Assembly: GCA_013204155.1 (NCBI GenBank)
Contig: JABMOK010000090.1
Location: forward strand, 14,850-78,849
Direction of reading: 5' to 3'
Source: Pseudohongiella sp.
GTDB lineage: Bacteria > Pseudomonadota > Gammaproteobacteria > Pseudomonadales > Pseudohongiellaceae
Length of the DNA: 64,000 bases
Position 1 is the stretch's first letter. Every line of letters begins with the position of its first letter. The translations under genes and the position numbers were made by a program. Shown one piece after another: positions 34,816-44,657 of this stretch. Under the pieces are notes generated by a model. That model worked only from the letters and a program-made list of their open reading frames with translations, made no database searches and was not told the origin of the DNA.

Positions 34816-35808
34816 TTGCATCGAAAACTGTTTATTGGCTTAAGCCTGCTGCTTTTATTAGGCTGCTCCGATCAGGGAGGAGTTCGACGAACCTATGTCC
34901 TCGCCACAGGAACCACCGGGGGAACCTATTACCCGGTGGGCGTTGCACTGTCTACACTGGTCACTGCCGAGAAAGAATCCGCCTTTGCCCTTACCGCTAT
35001 TAGCTCCGCCGGCTCGATGGAAAATATTAAACTGCTGCGTGACAATCAGGCACAGTTTGGAATGATCCTCGGTATCTTTGCTGCCTGGGCCTGGGACGGC
35101 GAGGGACCTATTCGCAATCCTCAGACTCATCTGCGTAGCATTAGTGGTATGTGGCCCAATGTAGAGCACTTTATTTTGAATTCCGAATTAGTGACAAATG
35201 GCACTGTTGCCGATCTCGATAATTTGAATGGCGAACGTTTCGTACTCGGTATGCGCAATTCTGGCGCCGAACAAACCGGCGCCTATATTCTGGAGAAGCT
35301 CGGTATCGACTACAAAAATAAATTTAACCTTGCCTATATGGGCTATGGCGCCACATCCGGCGCCATGCAGGACGGCAATATCGTCGGCATGAATATCCCG
35401 GCAGGACCCCCGGTTACAGCCATTACCCAAGCCTTTGCGCAATTAAGGGAACGCATTACCATCCTCAATTTTTCTGCCGATGAAATAGCCGCGATCAACC
35501 AACAATATCCACTGTGGGACTCCTACCAGCTCGCGCCGGAAACCTATCCCTATCAGAAAGAAGCCGTCACCACCGCATCCAGCTCCAATGTTTTGGTAGT
35601 ACGCGAAGATGTGTCGGAAGAAATTGTTTATCAGTTCACAAAATTGCTTTGGAACAATCTGGCAACACTACAGGAAATTCACAGTGCCACTCGCGAGATG
35701 ACCATAGAGAGCGCGTTAAAGGGAATTGCCGTACCCTTGCATCCAGGTGCCTTGCGTTATTACCGCGAACTAGGAATAGATATCCCGGAACACTTGCTAG
35801 GAAATTAA
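34816..35808 (+). CDS. TAXI-family TRAP transporter solute-binding lipoprotein
   Basis: It has a TTG start, the lipobox LLLGC, the TAXI signature TGGTYYPVGVALS and a C-terminal PLHPGALRYYRE. Confidence 0.8.
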   Translation: MHRKLFIGLSLLLLLGCSDQGGVRRTYVLATGTTGGTYYPVGVALSTLVTAEKESAFALTAISSAGSMENIKLLRDNQAQFGMILGIFAAWAWDGEGPIRNPQTHLRSISGMWPNVEHFILNSELVTNGTVADLDNLNGERFVLGMRNSGAEQTGAYILEKLGIDYKNKFNLAYMGYGATSGAMQDGNIVGMNIPAGPPVTAITQAFAQLRERITILNFSADEIAAINQQYPLWDSYQLAPETYPYQKEAVTTASSSNVLVVREDVSEEIVYQFTKLLWNNLATLQEIHSATREMTIESALKGIAVPLHPGALRYYRELGIDIPEHLLGN

Positions 35809-35852
35809 GCGACGTCGAGGCAACTGCAAAACCAGTATTTGGTAAAATACTA

Positions 35853-36602
35853 CTATTTAGTAAAAAATGTAGCCAGTACATCGTCCAGAAGTGGGCCCCA
35901 ATTATCCCAATCGTGACCCTCATCCACTTCACGGTAGGTTAAATCGTATTCCTGAAACTTCAATGTCTGCATAAACTGACGACCGGCCTGGGTATTATCA
36001 TTTTGAGTTCCAACACTGAGAAACATCTTCAGGGGTAATTTGTCCTGCAACCTATATTGATAAGTCAGATCATCTACCATTTCCGTATTCGCCGGAGACT
36101 GCATGGCAATGCCTGCAAAACTCTGGTGCGCCATAAGCCCAAAGCAGGCGCTGTTGCGCCCACCAAATGACAAACCCAGAATAACCCGCCCTTCTCTGTC
36201 CGGGTTTGTCGGATAGTCCGCATCAATTTTGTTGAGTAACTCATTGGTAAAGAAGTCGACATAGCTTTGATTACAAAAAAACTGCCGATTACGTCGGTTC
36301 TCTGCCAGATTATCCGGATTACGACTATCTACAAACACCACGATCAGCGGGTCGATAGACCCGCTGGTTATTTCGCTATCCAATAATTCGGGCAGCTTAC
36401 CCTGAGAGATGTACCACTGCCCATCGGTGATATACAGCACTGGCAGTTTTGCATTTCTCCTCACGCGATCAGGCACATAAACGCGATATTGCAAGTCATA
36501 ACCCAGGGCTTCGCTCTCGATGCGAATATTGTCAGACAAGTCGCCCTGCGCCTGGGAAATTCTTGCAAGCAATAGCAAGACAAGTAAGCTAAAGTTTTTC
36601 AT
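35853..36602 (-). CDS. exported esterase-family alpha/beta hydrolase
   Basis: It has a signal peptide, LPVLYITDGQWY, and the nucleophile elbow GLSFGG, as in enterochelin-esterase-like putative esterases. Confidence 0.7.
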   Translation of the reverse strand: MKNFSLLVLLLLARISQAQGDLSDNIRIESEALGYDLQYRVYVPDRVRRNAKLPVLYITDGQWYISQGKLPELLDSEITSGSIDPLIVVFVDSRNPDNLAENRRNRQFFCNQSYVDFFTNELLNKIDADYPTNPDREGRVILGLSFGGRNSACFGLMAHQSFAGIAMQSPANTEMVDDLTYQYRLQDKLPLKMFLSVGTQNDNTQAGRQFMQTLKFQEYDLTYREVDEGHDWDNWGPLLDDVLATFFTK

Positions 36603-36659
36603 GTTGAATTAATCCTGATCGAGTTCTGCAGTGGCTGTCGGCGTGACTATTGCCTGAAT

Positions 36660-37322
36660 TTATTCGCTCTCATCTTCATCGGCACTTCTATTTTCTGTCA
36701 ACCCCATCAACGAACTCCAGAGTCTACGCATGGCTATGAGCCCCAATAACAGCACGATATTCGCAAACAGAATCGCCGCCAAGGGAAGCCACTCCCGCTC
36801 GTCAGTAAATTCTATGAGAAGTCCGAATAAGACCAGGGTAAGCACAAGGGCGATGGTAGGGGCAAAATCTTTCAACCCGGCAGGCTTGACGGTGACGAAA
36901 AACTGCGCATTTTCATCGTTGCTTCTGGCACGCCGCAAGCTATTATGAGTAACCCAATTTGCGCTGACAAATATTGAACCCAATACATACAACCACATGA
37001 CTGAAAACTCACTGCCGACCAGAGAAATCAACATGAATTCCTGAATACCAATAATAAACGGAAGAATGGAGTCTCGCAGGAAAGGCTGCCAGACAAATCC
37101 CATTACCATGGTGGAATACATCACCCAGAGTTGCAGTATTCCCAGAAAACAAGCACTAATCATGCCCCAGCCAAGCAGGGATTGAATACCCCAACTCCAG
37201 AGAAAGTCACTCTCAACAATCTTCGACCACATTAACTCCAGCGCCAAAGCCTGAATAATACTAATTAAGGTAAGTAATACCGATGGAAAATGGGTTTGCG
37301 CTCTGGCTCTTGTTTTATACAT
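36660..37322 (-). CDS. hypothetical polytopic membrane protein
   Basis: A 220-aa ORF with about 6 hydrophobic helices and an acidic C-terminal tail. I recognise no family. Confidence 0.5.
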   Translation of the reverse strand: MYKTRARAQTHFPSVLLTLISIIQALALELMWSKIVESDFLWSWGIQSLLGWGMISACFLGILQLWVMYSTMVMGFVWQPFLRDSILPFIIGIQEFMLISLVGSEFSVMWLYVLGSIFVSANWVTHNSLRRARSNDENAQFFVTVKPAGLKDFAPTIALVLTLVLFGLLIEFTDEREWLPLAAILFANIVLLLGLIAMRRLWSSLMGLTENRSADEDESE

Positions 37323-37407
37323 AGCTGTACCGCTTTTGTGGATGATGATTAAGCGAAAAGGTGACGATAATGTTCGTCACTAAACCACTCTCTGTCTGGA
37401 AAAACCA

Positions 37408-38124
37408 CTATCTAATCTGGAATTCAAAATAAGTATCGGGAAAGGGCTCATTCTCCAGGGTGAAATGCCACCACTCTTGCTGCAGTGGTCTGAAACCTTG
37501 CCTAAGCATTACGCGGCGCAATAGCAATCGATTTGCCCGCTGCTGCCCATTCACCTGTGTGCTTGATGGCCATGACTTCAGATCAAAAAAGTCCCAGCGT
37601 GTTCCCATATCCAACTCTTGTCCAGAGTCTACTGCAATCAGTGTCAGGTCAAGCGTACTGCCACGAGAATGGCCCGAGCGCTCGGCAATATAGCCATCAC
37701 GAAACAAATTCTTCTTATCTACCGCGGGATAATAGCGTTGCTTCATTTTAGTATCCGCGAGATTTTCAGCCCAGCGAACGAAATGATCGACTGCCATTTG
37801 CGGACGATAACCGTCAAATACTCTTAAACCCAAGCCATAGTTATTCAACTCCCCTTGCACACGTTTAAGCGCATCGGCGGTTGCTTCGGTGACATACACC
37901 TTCGCCGCCGCATAACCATCGATTCGGGCACCTACGAAATTGTCCGTAGTGAAATAGCGAACTTCCAGACTAATGGTTGGAATCGCCTGCTGAATATCCA
38001 CAAATTTATCAGGGATATCTTCCGCCGCGACCAGGGATTTCCACAGCAGCAGCGCCAGAGCGATTCCCAGATGCGCCGACTCCCATAGTAACTTACTGAA
38101 TATCGCGTTATGTTTATTGGCCAT
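37408..38124 (-). CDS. D-alanyl-D-alanine dipeptidase (VanX/DdpX-type, M15D) with an N-terminal anchor
   Basis: The blocks YRPQMAVDHF, SGHSRGSTLDL and EWWHF match the VanX-family zinc and catalytic blocks. Confidence 0.85.
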   Translation of the reverse strand: MANKHNAIFSKLLWESAHLGIALALLLWKSLVAAEDIPDKFVDIQQAIPTISLEVRYFTTDNFVGARIDGYAAAKVYVTEATADALKRVQGELNNYGLGLRVFDGYRPQMAVDHFVRWAENLADTKMKQRYYPAVDKKNLFRDGYIAERSGHSRGSTLDLTLIAVDSGQELDMGTRWDFFDLKSWPSSTQVNGQQRANRLLLRRVMLRQGFRPLQQEWWHFTLENEPFPDTYFEFQIR

Positions 38125-38227
38125 TGCTCCCCTCGCGAGAGCAGTTTAATTCATTCAAAGCTGGAAAACATGGTGCGGCCATTCAATTCGGACTAGAATA
38201 TCGTTCTTTTTTCGGCACCGACCCCGG

Positions 38228-38317
38228 CACTAGCACTATCATTTAGCACTACCATTTTGAACTATCATTTAGCACTACCATTTAACACTATCATTTAGCA
38301 CTACCATTTAGCACTAC
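38228..38317. repeat. three 26-bp (six 13-bp) tandem repeats abutting a start codon
   Basis: CTATCATTTAGCACTACCATTT followed by 4 variable nt occurs three times at 38236-38313, with partial copies on both flanks. The array ends 13 nt before the ATG at 38330. Confidence 0.9.
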
Positions 38318-38329
38318 AGAGTAAAATAC

Positions 38330-39487
38330 ATGACGCGAAGAATTTTTCTCATCCTATCAAGCAGCTTCGCGCTGTTATCAGCCTTATTCGCCGCCTTTCA
38401 AGTTAGCGCACAGTCAGAACAATTCGGTTCTGCTCTGCATGACTTTGAAGTAACAACGATCGCCGAAGGACTGGAAATTCCCTGGTCAATGAACTGGCTG
38501 CCTAACGGCGATATGTTGGTAACCGAACGACCTGGCCGCCTGCGCATCATTCGCAATGGCAGCCTCTTGGCCGCTCCAGTGGAAGGCATTCCCGCAGTGC
38601 ACCACGAGGGACAAGGCGGCTTGTTTGAAGTGCTGCCTCATCCTGATTTCGCCTCCAATAAATTACTCTATTTGAGCTATGCCAAGCCACTGTCAAATAA
38701 TTCAGGCACCACGGTCATCCGCGGTACATTTGAGAATGATCGACTCAGCAATGTCGAAGAGATATTTCAAGCAGATACTCAGGGTCGCAACGGGCACTAC
38801 GGTGGTCGTCTGGCTTTTGACGATGCTGGCTATTTGTTCCTCACCGTCGGTGAGCGGCAGGCTCCACCTTCGGGTGATTTACAAGCACATCCGGCGCAGG
38901 ATCTATCTAATCATAATGGTGTGACCATTAGATTACATGATGACGGCCGTGTTCCATCCGACAATCCCTTCGTCGGCCAGCGCGGTGCGCGTCCTGAAAT
39001 CTGGAGTTACGGACATCGCAACCCCCAAGGCCTGGCATTCCATCCTGTCACTGGTGATTTATGGGAAGGTGAGCATGGTCCACAAGGCGGTGACGAACTC
39101 AATATTATCGAAGCTGGAAATAATTACGGCTGGCCGGTTATCGGCTACGGCGTAAACTACGGCCCTGGAATGCCGATCCACGCTTCTCAGCAAGGTCGCG
39201 ACATGGAACAGCCTGAGCATTTTTGGGTGCCTTCTATTGCCACTTCCGGCCTGATGATTTACAACGGCGATCTTTTCCCCAAGTGGAAGGGCGATATATT
39301 TGTCGGTGGTTTAGCCGGCCAACTAATGGCTAGAGTCGATCTTGGTAATGACGGCAAACAAGTCATTCTTCGTGAAACTTTATTGGCCGGCATCGGCAGA
39401 ATTAGAGATATTCGCGAAGGACCCGATGGTGCAATTTATGTAGCCACGGAAAATCGCGGAATCTTGCGCTTGACCCCTAGCGATTAA
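38330..39487 (+). CDS. exported PQQ-dependent sugar dehydrogenase (soluble aldose/sorbosone dehydrogenase family)
   Basis: It has a signal peptide and the blocks PWSMNWLPNGDMLVTERPGRLR, GHRNPQGLAFHP, GPQGGDELN and NYGWP. Confidence 0.85.
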   Translation: MTRRIFLILSSSFALLSALFAAFQVSAQSEQFGSALHDFEVTTIAEGLEIPWSMNWLPNGDMLVTERPGRLRIIRNGSLLAAPVEGIPAVHHEGQGGLFEVLPHPDFASNKLLYLSYAKPLSNNSGTTVIRGTFENDRLSNVEEIFQADTQGRNGHYGGRLAFDDAGYLFLTVGERQAPPSGDLQAHPAQDLSNHNGVTIRLHDDGRVPSDNPFVGQRGARPEIWSYGHRNPQGLAFHPVTGDLWEGEHGPQGGDELNIIEAGNNYGWPVIGYGVNYGPGMPIHASQQGRDMEQPEHFWVPSIATSGLMIYNGDLFPKWKGDIFVGGLAGQLMARVDLGNDGKQVILRETLLAGIGRIRDIREGPDGAIYVATENRGILRLTPSD

Positions 39488-39505
39488 ACCAGGAAGTGAC
39501 TGGTT

Positions 39506-39531
39506 AAAAAGCCCACTTCGGTGGGCTTTTT
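39506..39531 (+). terminator. rho-independent terminator
   Basis: AAAAAGCCCAC-TTCG-GTGGGCTTTTT lies 19 nt after the stop. Confidence 0.85.
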
Positions 39532-39595
39532 AATTTGTGTGTCGACAAAAACAGTGAATGCCCAAAGACAGATTGTCGAAAGAAAGGATAGCAAG

Positions 39596-40243
39596 ATGAA
39601 TGAACTGTTCATAGAAACTGCGACCGTTGCCCTGGCAACTTTTTTCGCCACCATCGGACCCCTGGATGTTGCCGCCGTATTTGCCGGACTGACAGCTACC
39701 GACTCACCAAGACGGCGGCGCTCCGTGGCCATTCGCGGCACCTTGATAGCGGGCTGTATTCTATTGCTGTTTGCTCTGGTGGGCGAATCTATGCTGACGG
39801 TTCTTGGCATCTCCCTCGCGGCGTTGCGAACCGGCGGCGGAATTCTGCTTCTGTTAATTGGCATTGATATGGTTTTTGCCCGCACCTCAGGCAGCACCAC
39901 CACCACCGAAGAAGAAGAGCAGGAAGCCATGGGCAAGAGGGATATTTCGGTTTTTCCGATCGCCACGCCGCTCATTGCTGGCCCGGGGGCCATGGGCGCA
40001 ACCATTCTACTAATGGCCAATACCGAAGGCGAGTTAGTCCTACAGGCAATTGTATTCGCTTCGTTAATAGCCATCCTGATTTTAACTTTTGGCATAATGT
40101 TACTCGCCACCAAGATCCAACAATTATTTGGCGTCACTGGCATGCATGTTGTTAGCCGGGTATTTGGCGTATTGCTATCTGCATTGGCTGTGCAATTTAT
40201 ATTTGATGGCATTGCACAAAGTGGATTGTTATCTGCCGCATAA
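39596..40243 (+). CDS. MarC-family (UPF0056) integral membrane protein
   Basis: The start is moved to MNELFIETATVALATFFATIGPLDVA. It has six hydrophobic segments and FPIATPLIAGPGA. Confidence 0.8.
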   Translation: MNELFIETATVALATFFATIGPLDVAAVFAGLTATDSPRRRRSVAIRGTLIAGCILLLFALVGESMLTVLGISLAALRTGGGILLLLIGIDMVFARTSGSTTTTEEEEQEAMGKRDISVFPIATPLIAGPGAMGATILLMANTEGELVLQAIVFASLIAILILTFGIMLLATKIQQLFGVTGMHVVSRVFGVLLSALAVQFIFDGIAQSGLLSAA

Positions 40244-40516
40244 AATTATTTCTCCATTGGCCGATAGCTGGAGAACCGCAGCAACTAAAACTATTGCTAT
40301 TTAGTGGCAGCTGTTAATAACAAATTTTCAGACGGATTAAAAAACCAATCATTGAATAGACAGTAAACTATTCGATGCTTCCGCCGCCTCGCTTCGCACT
40401 GGACAAGCTTCAGGAATAGGTCATCCATAAACACAGGCAATTACTTTGATCGACTGTTTTTAGCCGTAGCTATCAGTAATTGACGATAATTGATTCACTC
40501 TTTGCAGGATACAAGC

Positions 40517-40948
40517 ATGGAAGTAAAATTTGCCGACTCAGTAGACGACGTTAAAAGAATTAGCGCTGTTTTATTACAACTTAGGCCGCAGTACACAGAA
40601 CAGAGCCTGATCGAACAGATTCTGCAGCAGCAACAAAACGGCTATCGAATTGCCTTTGCACAGGACAACGACACCGTGTTATGTGTCGCCGGCTTTGTCA
40701 TGAGCGAGAAGCTTGCCTGGCAAAAACATATCTACATTGATGATCTGGTCACCAATGCAGATCATCGATCTACCGGGGCGGGGAAATTCCTTATTGATTG
40801 GTTCAAGAACTTCGCAAGGGAAAACGGTTGCCAGCAATTACATCTCGATTCTGGCGTACAAAGATTCGCCGCGCACAAATTTTACCTGCGCGAAGGCTTC
40901 AGCATAAATAGTCATCATTTCGCCATTTCCAACTTGCATGCTGATTAG
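40517..40948 (+). CDS. GNAT-family N-acetyltransferase
   Basis: It has the acetyl-CoA loop HRSTGAGKFLIDW and the C-terminal FYLREGF. The start is uncertain; the alternative is 40490. Confidence 0.7.
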   Translation: MEVKFADSVDDVKRISAVLLQLRPQYTEQSLIEQILQQQQNGYRIAFAQDNDTVLCVAGFVMSEKLAWQKHIYIDDLVTNADHRSTGAGKFLIDWFKNFARENGCQQLHLDSGVQRFAAHKFYLREGFSINSHHFAISNLHAD

Positions 40949-41088
40949 AAAAGTAATCCGTTCAGCCCGGGGAGCTGTGCGGGCTATTAAGCTTGCCGTC
41001 TTCTCGACGAAGACAAAAACCAAATCCCTTTTCCTGGTTTAAATGGCTATAATCCCGATTTACATATTTCCAATGGTTCAGGACTTTC

Positions 41089-42474
41089 ATGGCGTCAGAT
41101 AGTAATAAAGTAGGTTTCGTCTCTTTGGGCTGTCCCAAGGCCTTGGTGGATTCAGAGCGAATTCTCACGCAATTGCGTAGAGACGGCTATGATATCGTCC
41201 CCAATTACAGTGATGCCGACATTGTTGTAGTAAACACCTGCGGTTTCATTGACAGTGCCAAACAGGAATCTCTGGATGCCATCGGGGAAGCAATTAGCGA
41301 GAACGGCAGGGTTATTGTCACCGGATGCCTCGGCGCGCAAGCGGAAGTCATTACCAATGTTCACCCCAAAGTTTTAGGCGTTACTGGCCCCGCGGCCTAC
41401 GAGCAGGTCGTCAATCAGGTTCATCATTTTCTTCCACAAAGCAGCAATCATGACCCCTTTACCGATCTGGTGCCGCCCCAGGGGATAAAACTTACCCCGC
41501 GTCATTATGCCTATTTGAAAATTTCAGAAGGCTGCAACCATCGCTGCAGTTTCTGCATCATTCCCTCCATGCGCGGCGATTTAGTCAGTCGCCCCGTGGG
41601 AGATGTTTTGGATGAGGCGCAACGCCTCGCCGATGCCGGTGTCAAAGAACTGTTAGTAATTTCGCAAGACACCAGTGCCTATGGTGTAGATATCAAATAC
41701 AAGACCGGTTTCTGGCAAGGCCGCCCGGTTAAGGCGAGCATGCAGGGGCTGTGCGAAGCCTTGGCAGAACTGGGCATCTGGGTGCGCCTGCACTATGTCT
41801 ATCCGTATCCCCATGTAGACAAAATCATCCCCCTGATGGCCGAAGGTAAAATACTGCCCTACCTGGATATACCTTTTCAGCATGCCAGCCTGCCAATTTT
41901 AAAGGCCATGAAAAGACCGGCCGCCACCGAAAAAACCCTGGATAGAATTCAACAATGGCGTCAGGCTTGCCCGGATCTAACGCTGCGCAGCACATTCATT
42001 GTAGGTTTTCCGGGAGAAACTGACGCCGACTTCGAGGAGCTTCTACAGTTTCTGCAAATAGCACAACTGGATCGCGTCGGCTGTTTCCAGTATTCCCCTG
42101 TCGATGGCGCGCAAGCCAATGCCCTGGCCAATCAAATTCCTGAACAAGTAAAACAACAGCGCTGGGAACAATTCATGGCGACCCAGCAAACCATCAGCGC
42201 CAAGCGGCTACAGCTGAAGATCGGGCGGGAGATCGAGGTGCTTGTCGATGAGATTGACGAAAAAGGGTTGATCGGTCGGTCGTTTGCCGACGCACCAGAG
42301 ATCGATGGTACTGTATTTATAGAACATGAGTTTATAGACCCTAAGTTGATAGACCCTAAGTTAATAGAACAGAAGCCTGTTAAACATCAGTCGCAGCCAT
42401 CTCCCGGAGATATCGTGCGAGTACAGATTACCGCGGCCGATGAGTATGATTTGTATGGAAAGCTGGTTTTATAA
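41089..42474 (+). CDS. rimO: ribosomal protein S12 methylthiotransferase
   Basis: It has the N-terminal [16 protein letters not shown], the radical-SAM cluster motif [11 protein letters not shown], and a TRAM C-terminus, ADAPEIDG...[18 protein letters not shown]. Confidence 0.9.
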   Translation: MASDSNKVGFVSLGCPKALVDSERILTQLRRDGYDIVPNYSDADIVVVNTCGFIDSAKQESLDAIGEAISENGRVIVTGCLGAQAEVITNVHPKVLGVTGPAAYEQVVNQVHHFLPQSSNHDPFTDLVPPQGIKLTPRHYAYLKISEGCNHRCSFCIIPSMRGDLVSRPVGDVLDEAQRLADAGVKELLVISQDTSAYGVDIKYKTGFWQGRPVKASMQGLCEALAELGIWVRLHYVYPYPHVDKIIPLMAEGKILPYLDIPFQHASLPILKAMKRPAATEKTLDRIQQWRQACPDLTLRSTFIVGFPGETDADFEELLQFLQIAQLDRVGCFQYSPVDGAQANALANQIPEQVKQQRWEQFMATQQTISAKRLQLKIGREIEVLVDEIDEKGLIGRSFADAPEIDGTVFIEHEFIDPKLIDPKLIEQKPVKHQSQPSPGDIVRVQITAADEYDLYGKLVL

Positions 42475-42609
42475 ACCGCTGGAAAGCCAGTAATCATCGA
42501 CCCTACAAGCTTATATTGATTTCAAGCAACAGATATTTCTCCGAATGTCGTATGAAGGATAAACAACACCCGTGTAACAGTTGTAACGACACGACATTCA
42601 AGGAAAAAT

Positions 42610-43767
42610 TTGATGCATTCTGTTCGCAAGCTGATTTTAGTTTTACTACTGCCTTTTTCATCGCTCTCGATGGCGGACACGCGGGACAATGCTTTGGCAT
42701 TGTTCTTCTTTGCGGAAAGCGCTTATCCCGAGTTGCTAACTCCTGCTGCGCCGGAAATACAGGAAATTCAGGGAGCCTACGTACGCTATTACAGCGACAC
42801 CGAAATCTATCTCGGTGTGCAAGGGGATAATATCCTTGCCGTCGGCGGCTCGCTCGGAGCCAATGTGACCTCCTACGGAAAACTGGCAGATTTGATCTCT
42901 GTGTTAGATTCCGACATTAGCGATGTGCTGCTCAGCAATCGTCGCGCCGAGTGCAGCTACTACGCAGAAAATAGAATCTCATCGGTACTGGATATCAAGC
43001 GCAATATTTTATTCGCCGGCAGTCTGCAATTTACCGTTGAAGGTGAGGAATGCATTATAAACAGTAACAGCATTCCCAATCATGACTTCAACGATAGCTC
43101 CGCCTCCTTCGCCACCAATGTCAGCGCAGTTAACGCCGAGTATCGCATTCCAACCACGCCCGCTTTTGCCCCATCAACGACTGCCATTTCATTAACGACA
43201 GACAATGCGGTGTTACTCAACGGGGTTAAAGTTGATTTACTCGCCGCCGGCTGTTTCGGCGTCGGCGATGGCAAAATTGGCTGCAACAATATTAACCAGC
43301 CGTGGCGTTATGATCCCATGAGCCCACTCGCCCAGTTTGGCACCGATCAGCACAATGCGCATACCCAGCCGGATGGCAGCTATCACTATCATGGCAATCC
43401 GCAGGCACTGTTTGATCAAGACCCGAGCAGCGAATCCCCGGTTATTGGCTTTGCCGCCGATGGCTTCCCCCTCTTCGGCAGTTTCATTGACGATGGCGGA
43501 CAGATACGTGCGGCGACCAGCAGTTTCCAGCTCAAAGCCGGCAGCCGACCAACCGGCAGCGGCAATCCTGCTGGCAACTATGACGGCGAATTCCGCGACG
43601 ACTATGAATACGTGGCGGGATCAGGTGACCTGGATGAATGCAACGGCATGATGCGCAATGGGGTGTATGGCTATTATGTTATTAACCAACATCCCTGGAT
43701 ATTGGCTTGTTACAAGGGCACACCCAATGCGTCCTTCAACAAGAGTGGTGGTGGCGGACCGCCTTAG
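42610..43767 (+). CDS. exported YHYH-motif protein
   Basis: It has a signal peptide, the signature DGSYHYHGNPQ, and a later GYYVINQHPW. Confidence 0.7.
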   Translation: MMHSVRKLILVLLLPFSSLSMADTRDNALALFFFAESAYPELLTPAAPEIQEIQGAYVRYYSDTEIYLGVQGDNILAVGGSLGANVTSYGKLADLISVLDSDISDVLLSNRRAECSYYAENRISSVLDIKRNILFAGSLQFTVEGEECIINSNSIPNHDFNDSSASFATNVSAVNAEYRIPTTPAFAPSTTAISLTTDNAVLLNGVKVDLLAAGCFGVGDGKIGCNNINQPWRYDPMSPLAQFGTDQHNAHTQPDGSYHYHGNPQALFDQDPSSESPVIGFAADGFPLFGSFIDDGGQIRAATSSFQLKAGSRPTGSGNPAGNYDGEFRDDYEYVAGSGDLDECNGMMRNGVYGYYVINQHPWILACYKGTPNASFNKSGGGGPP

Positions 43768-43785
43768 CAGGGTCAGCATACACCG

Positions 43786-43822
43786 AAGGCGGAAGCGATA
43801 ATGGAGCTTTCGCCTTTTTTTT
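43786..43822 (+). terminator. rho-independent terminator
   Basis: GGCGGAAGC, then a loop, then GCTTTCGCC (one mismatch), followed by eight T. Confidence 0.7.
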
Positions 43823-43985
43823 GCGCTTGATGTTTACCCGTCTTATTACCGCGCGGACAAACCATCGACGAAAAGGATAACAAGGCCTGCTCAGCCTTAG
43901 CGGGAGCAAAGTTTGACAGTGCTATAGCGAGATTGCCTAAAAAAAAGTAATCTACGTGCCCGATCACATAACAATCTCTGTCTCT

Positions 43986-44621
43986 ATGAAAGCCGCAATG
44001 CTCAAGCTCAGTAGTGGTTTCTTCTCGGCGCTGATCTTCACCTTCTCCTGCTTTGCGCAAGAGAACGCGGAGCAGACCCTGGATAAGCAGCCTCTTATAG
44101 AGAACGTCCGCTTAAAGGCCCCGCGACAACCGAGAATACTCGCACCGACTCTTGCGCCTGAAGAAATCGATCAGGCCGTGTTAAACCGCCTTATGCAGGA
44201 AATAATCAGGAGCCCGGAAGTGACCAAGATTCGGCTCGGCGTCGATGACGATCAGCTGCAGGATATTTTCGTCGCCGCCTCAAACGCCCGCGGTTTTATC
44301 AATGGCAGTGAGATGCAAAATGTACGGGCGATGTGCGATAGCTGGGAACAATCCTCACTGATCGGCGACGCTCGAATCCATGCCGCGCTGGATGCCTATA
44401 AAGCCAGAGAACAACTCACTCGCAATTTTATTGCGAAATATTATCGGGTCGTGCTATCCGATATAGAAACAAATTTAAGTGAACAAGCTAAAGCTTCTTT
44501 CCAAAACTACATGAATGACAGACGAAGAAGAATGGCGAATGCCGGCGTAGTATCCCGAGGCGCAATTGTGCAAAACCTTTACAATGGTGCGGAAACAATT
44601 AACTTTTACTGCCACCGCTAA
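43986..44621 (+). CDS. hypothetical exported protein
   Basis: The start is moved to MKAAMLKLSSGFFSALIFTFSCFAQ, a signal peptide. The protein is predicted helical. I recognise no family. Confidence 0.5.
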   Translation: MKAAMLKLSSGFFSALIFTFSCFAQENAEQTLDKQPLIENVRLKAPRQPRILAPTLAPEEIDQAVLNRLMQEIIRSPEVTKIRLGVDDDQLQDIFVAASNARGFINGSEMQNVRAMCDSWEQSSLIGDARIHAALDAYKAREQLTRNFIAKYYRVVLSDIETNLSEQAKASFQNYMNDRRRRMANAGVVSRGAIVQNLYNGAETINFYCHR

Positions 44622-44657
44622 ATCCAATTACTCGAACCAATCATCTGGAGAAAATCC

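Noticed and set aside
39484-40212. 242-aa minus-strand ORF
   Set aside because: It lies entirely antisense to the MarC-family membrane protein gene. Its composition is low-complexity, rich in Ala, Pro, Ser and Arg, as expected from reading a hydrophobic gene backwards. It also begins inside the upstream terminator region.
43773-44060. 95-aa minus-strand ORF
   Set aside because: It spans the plus-strand terminator and overlaps the signal-peptide start of the 43986 gene in antisense. It has no supporting motif.
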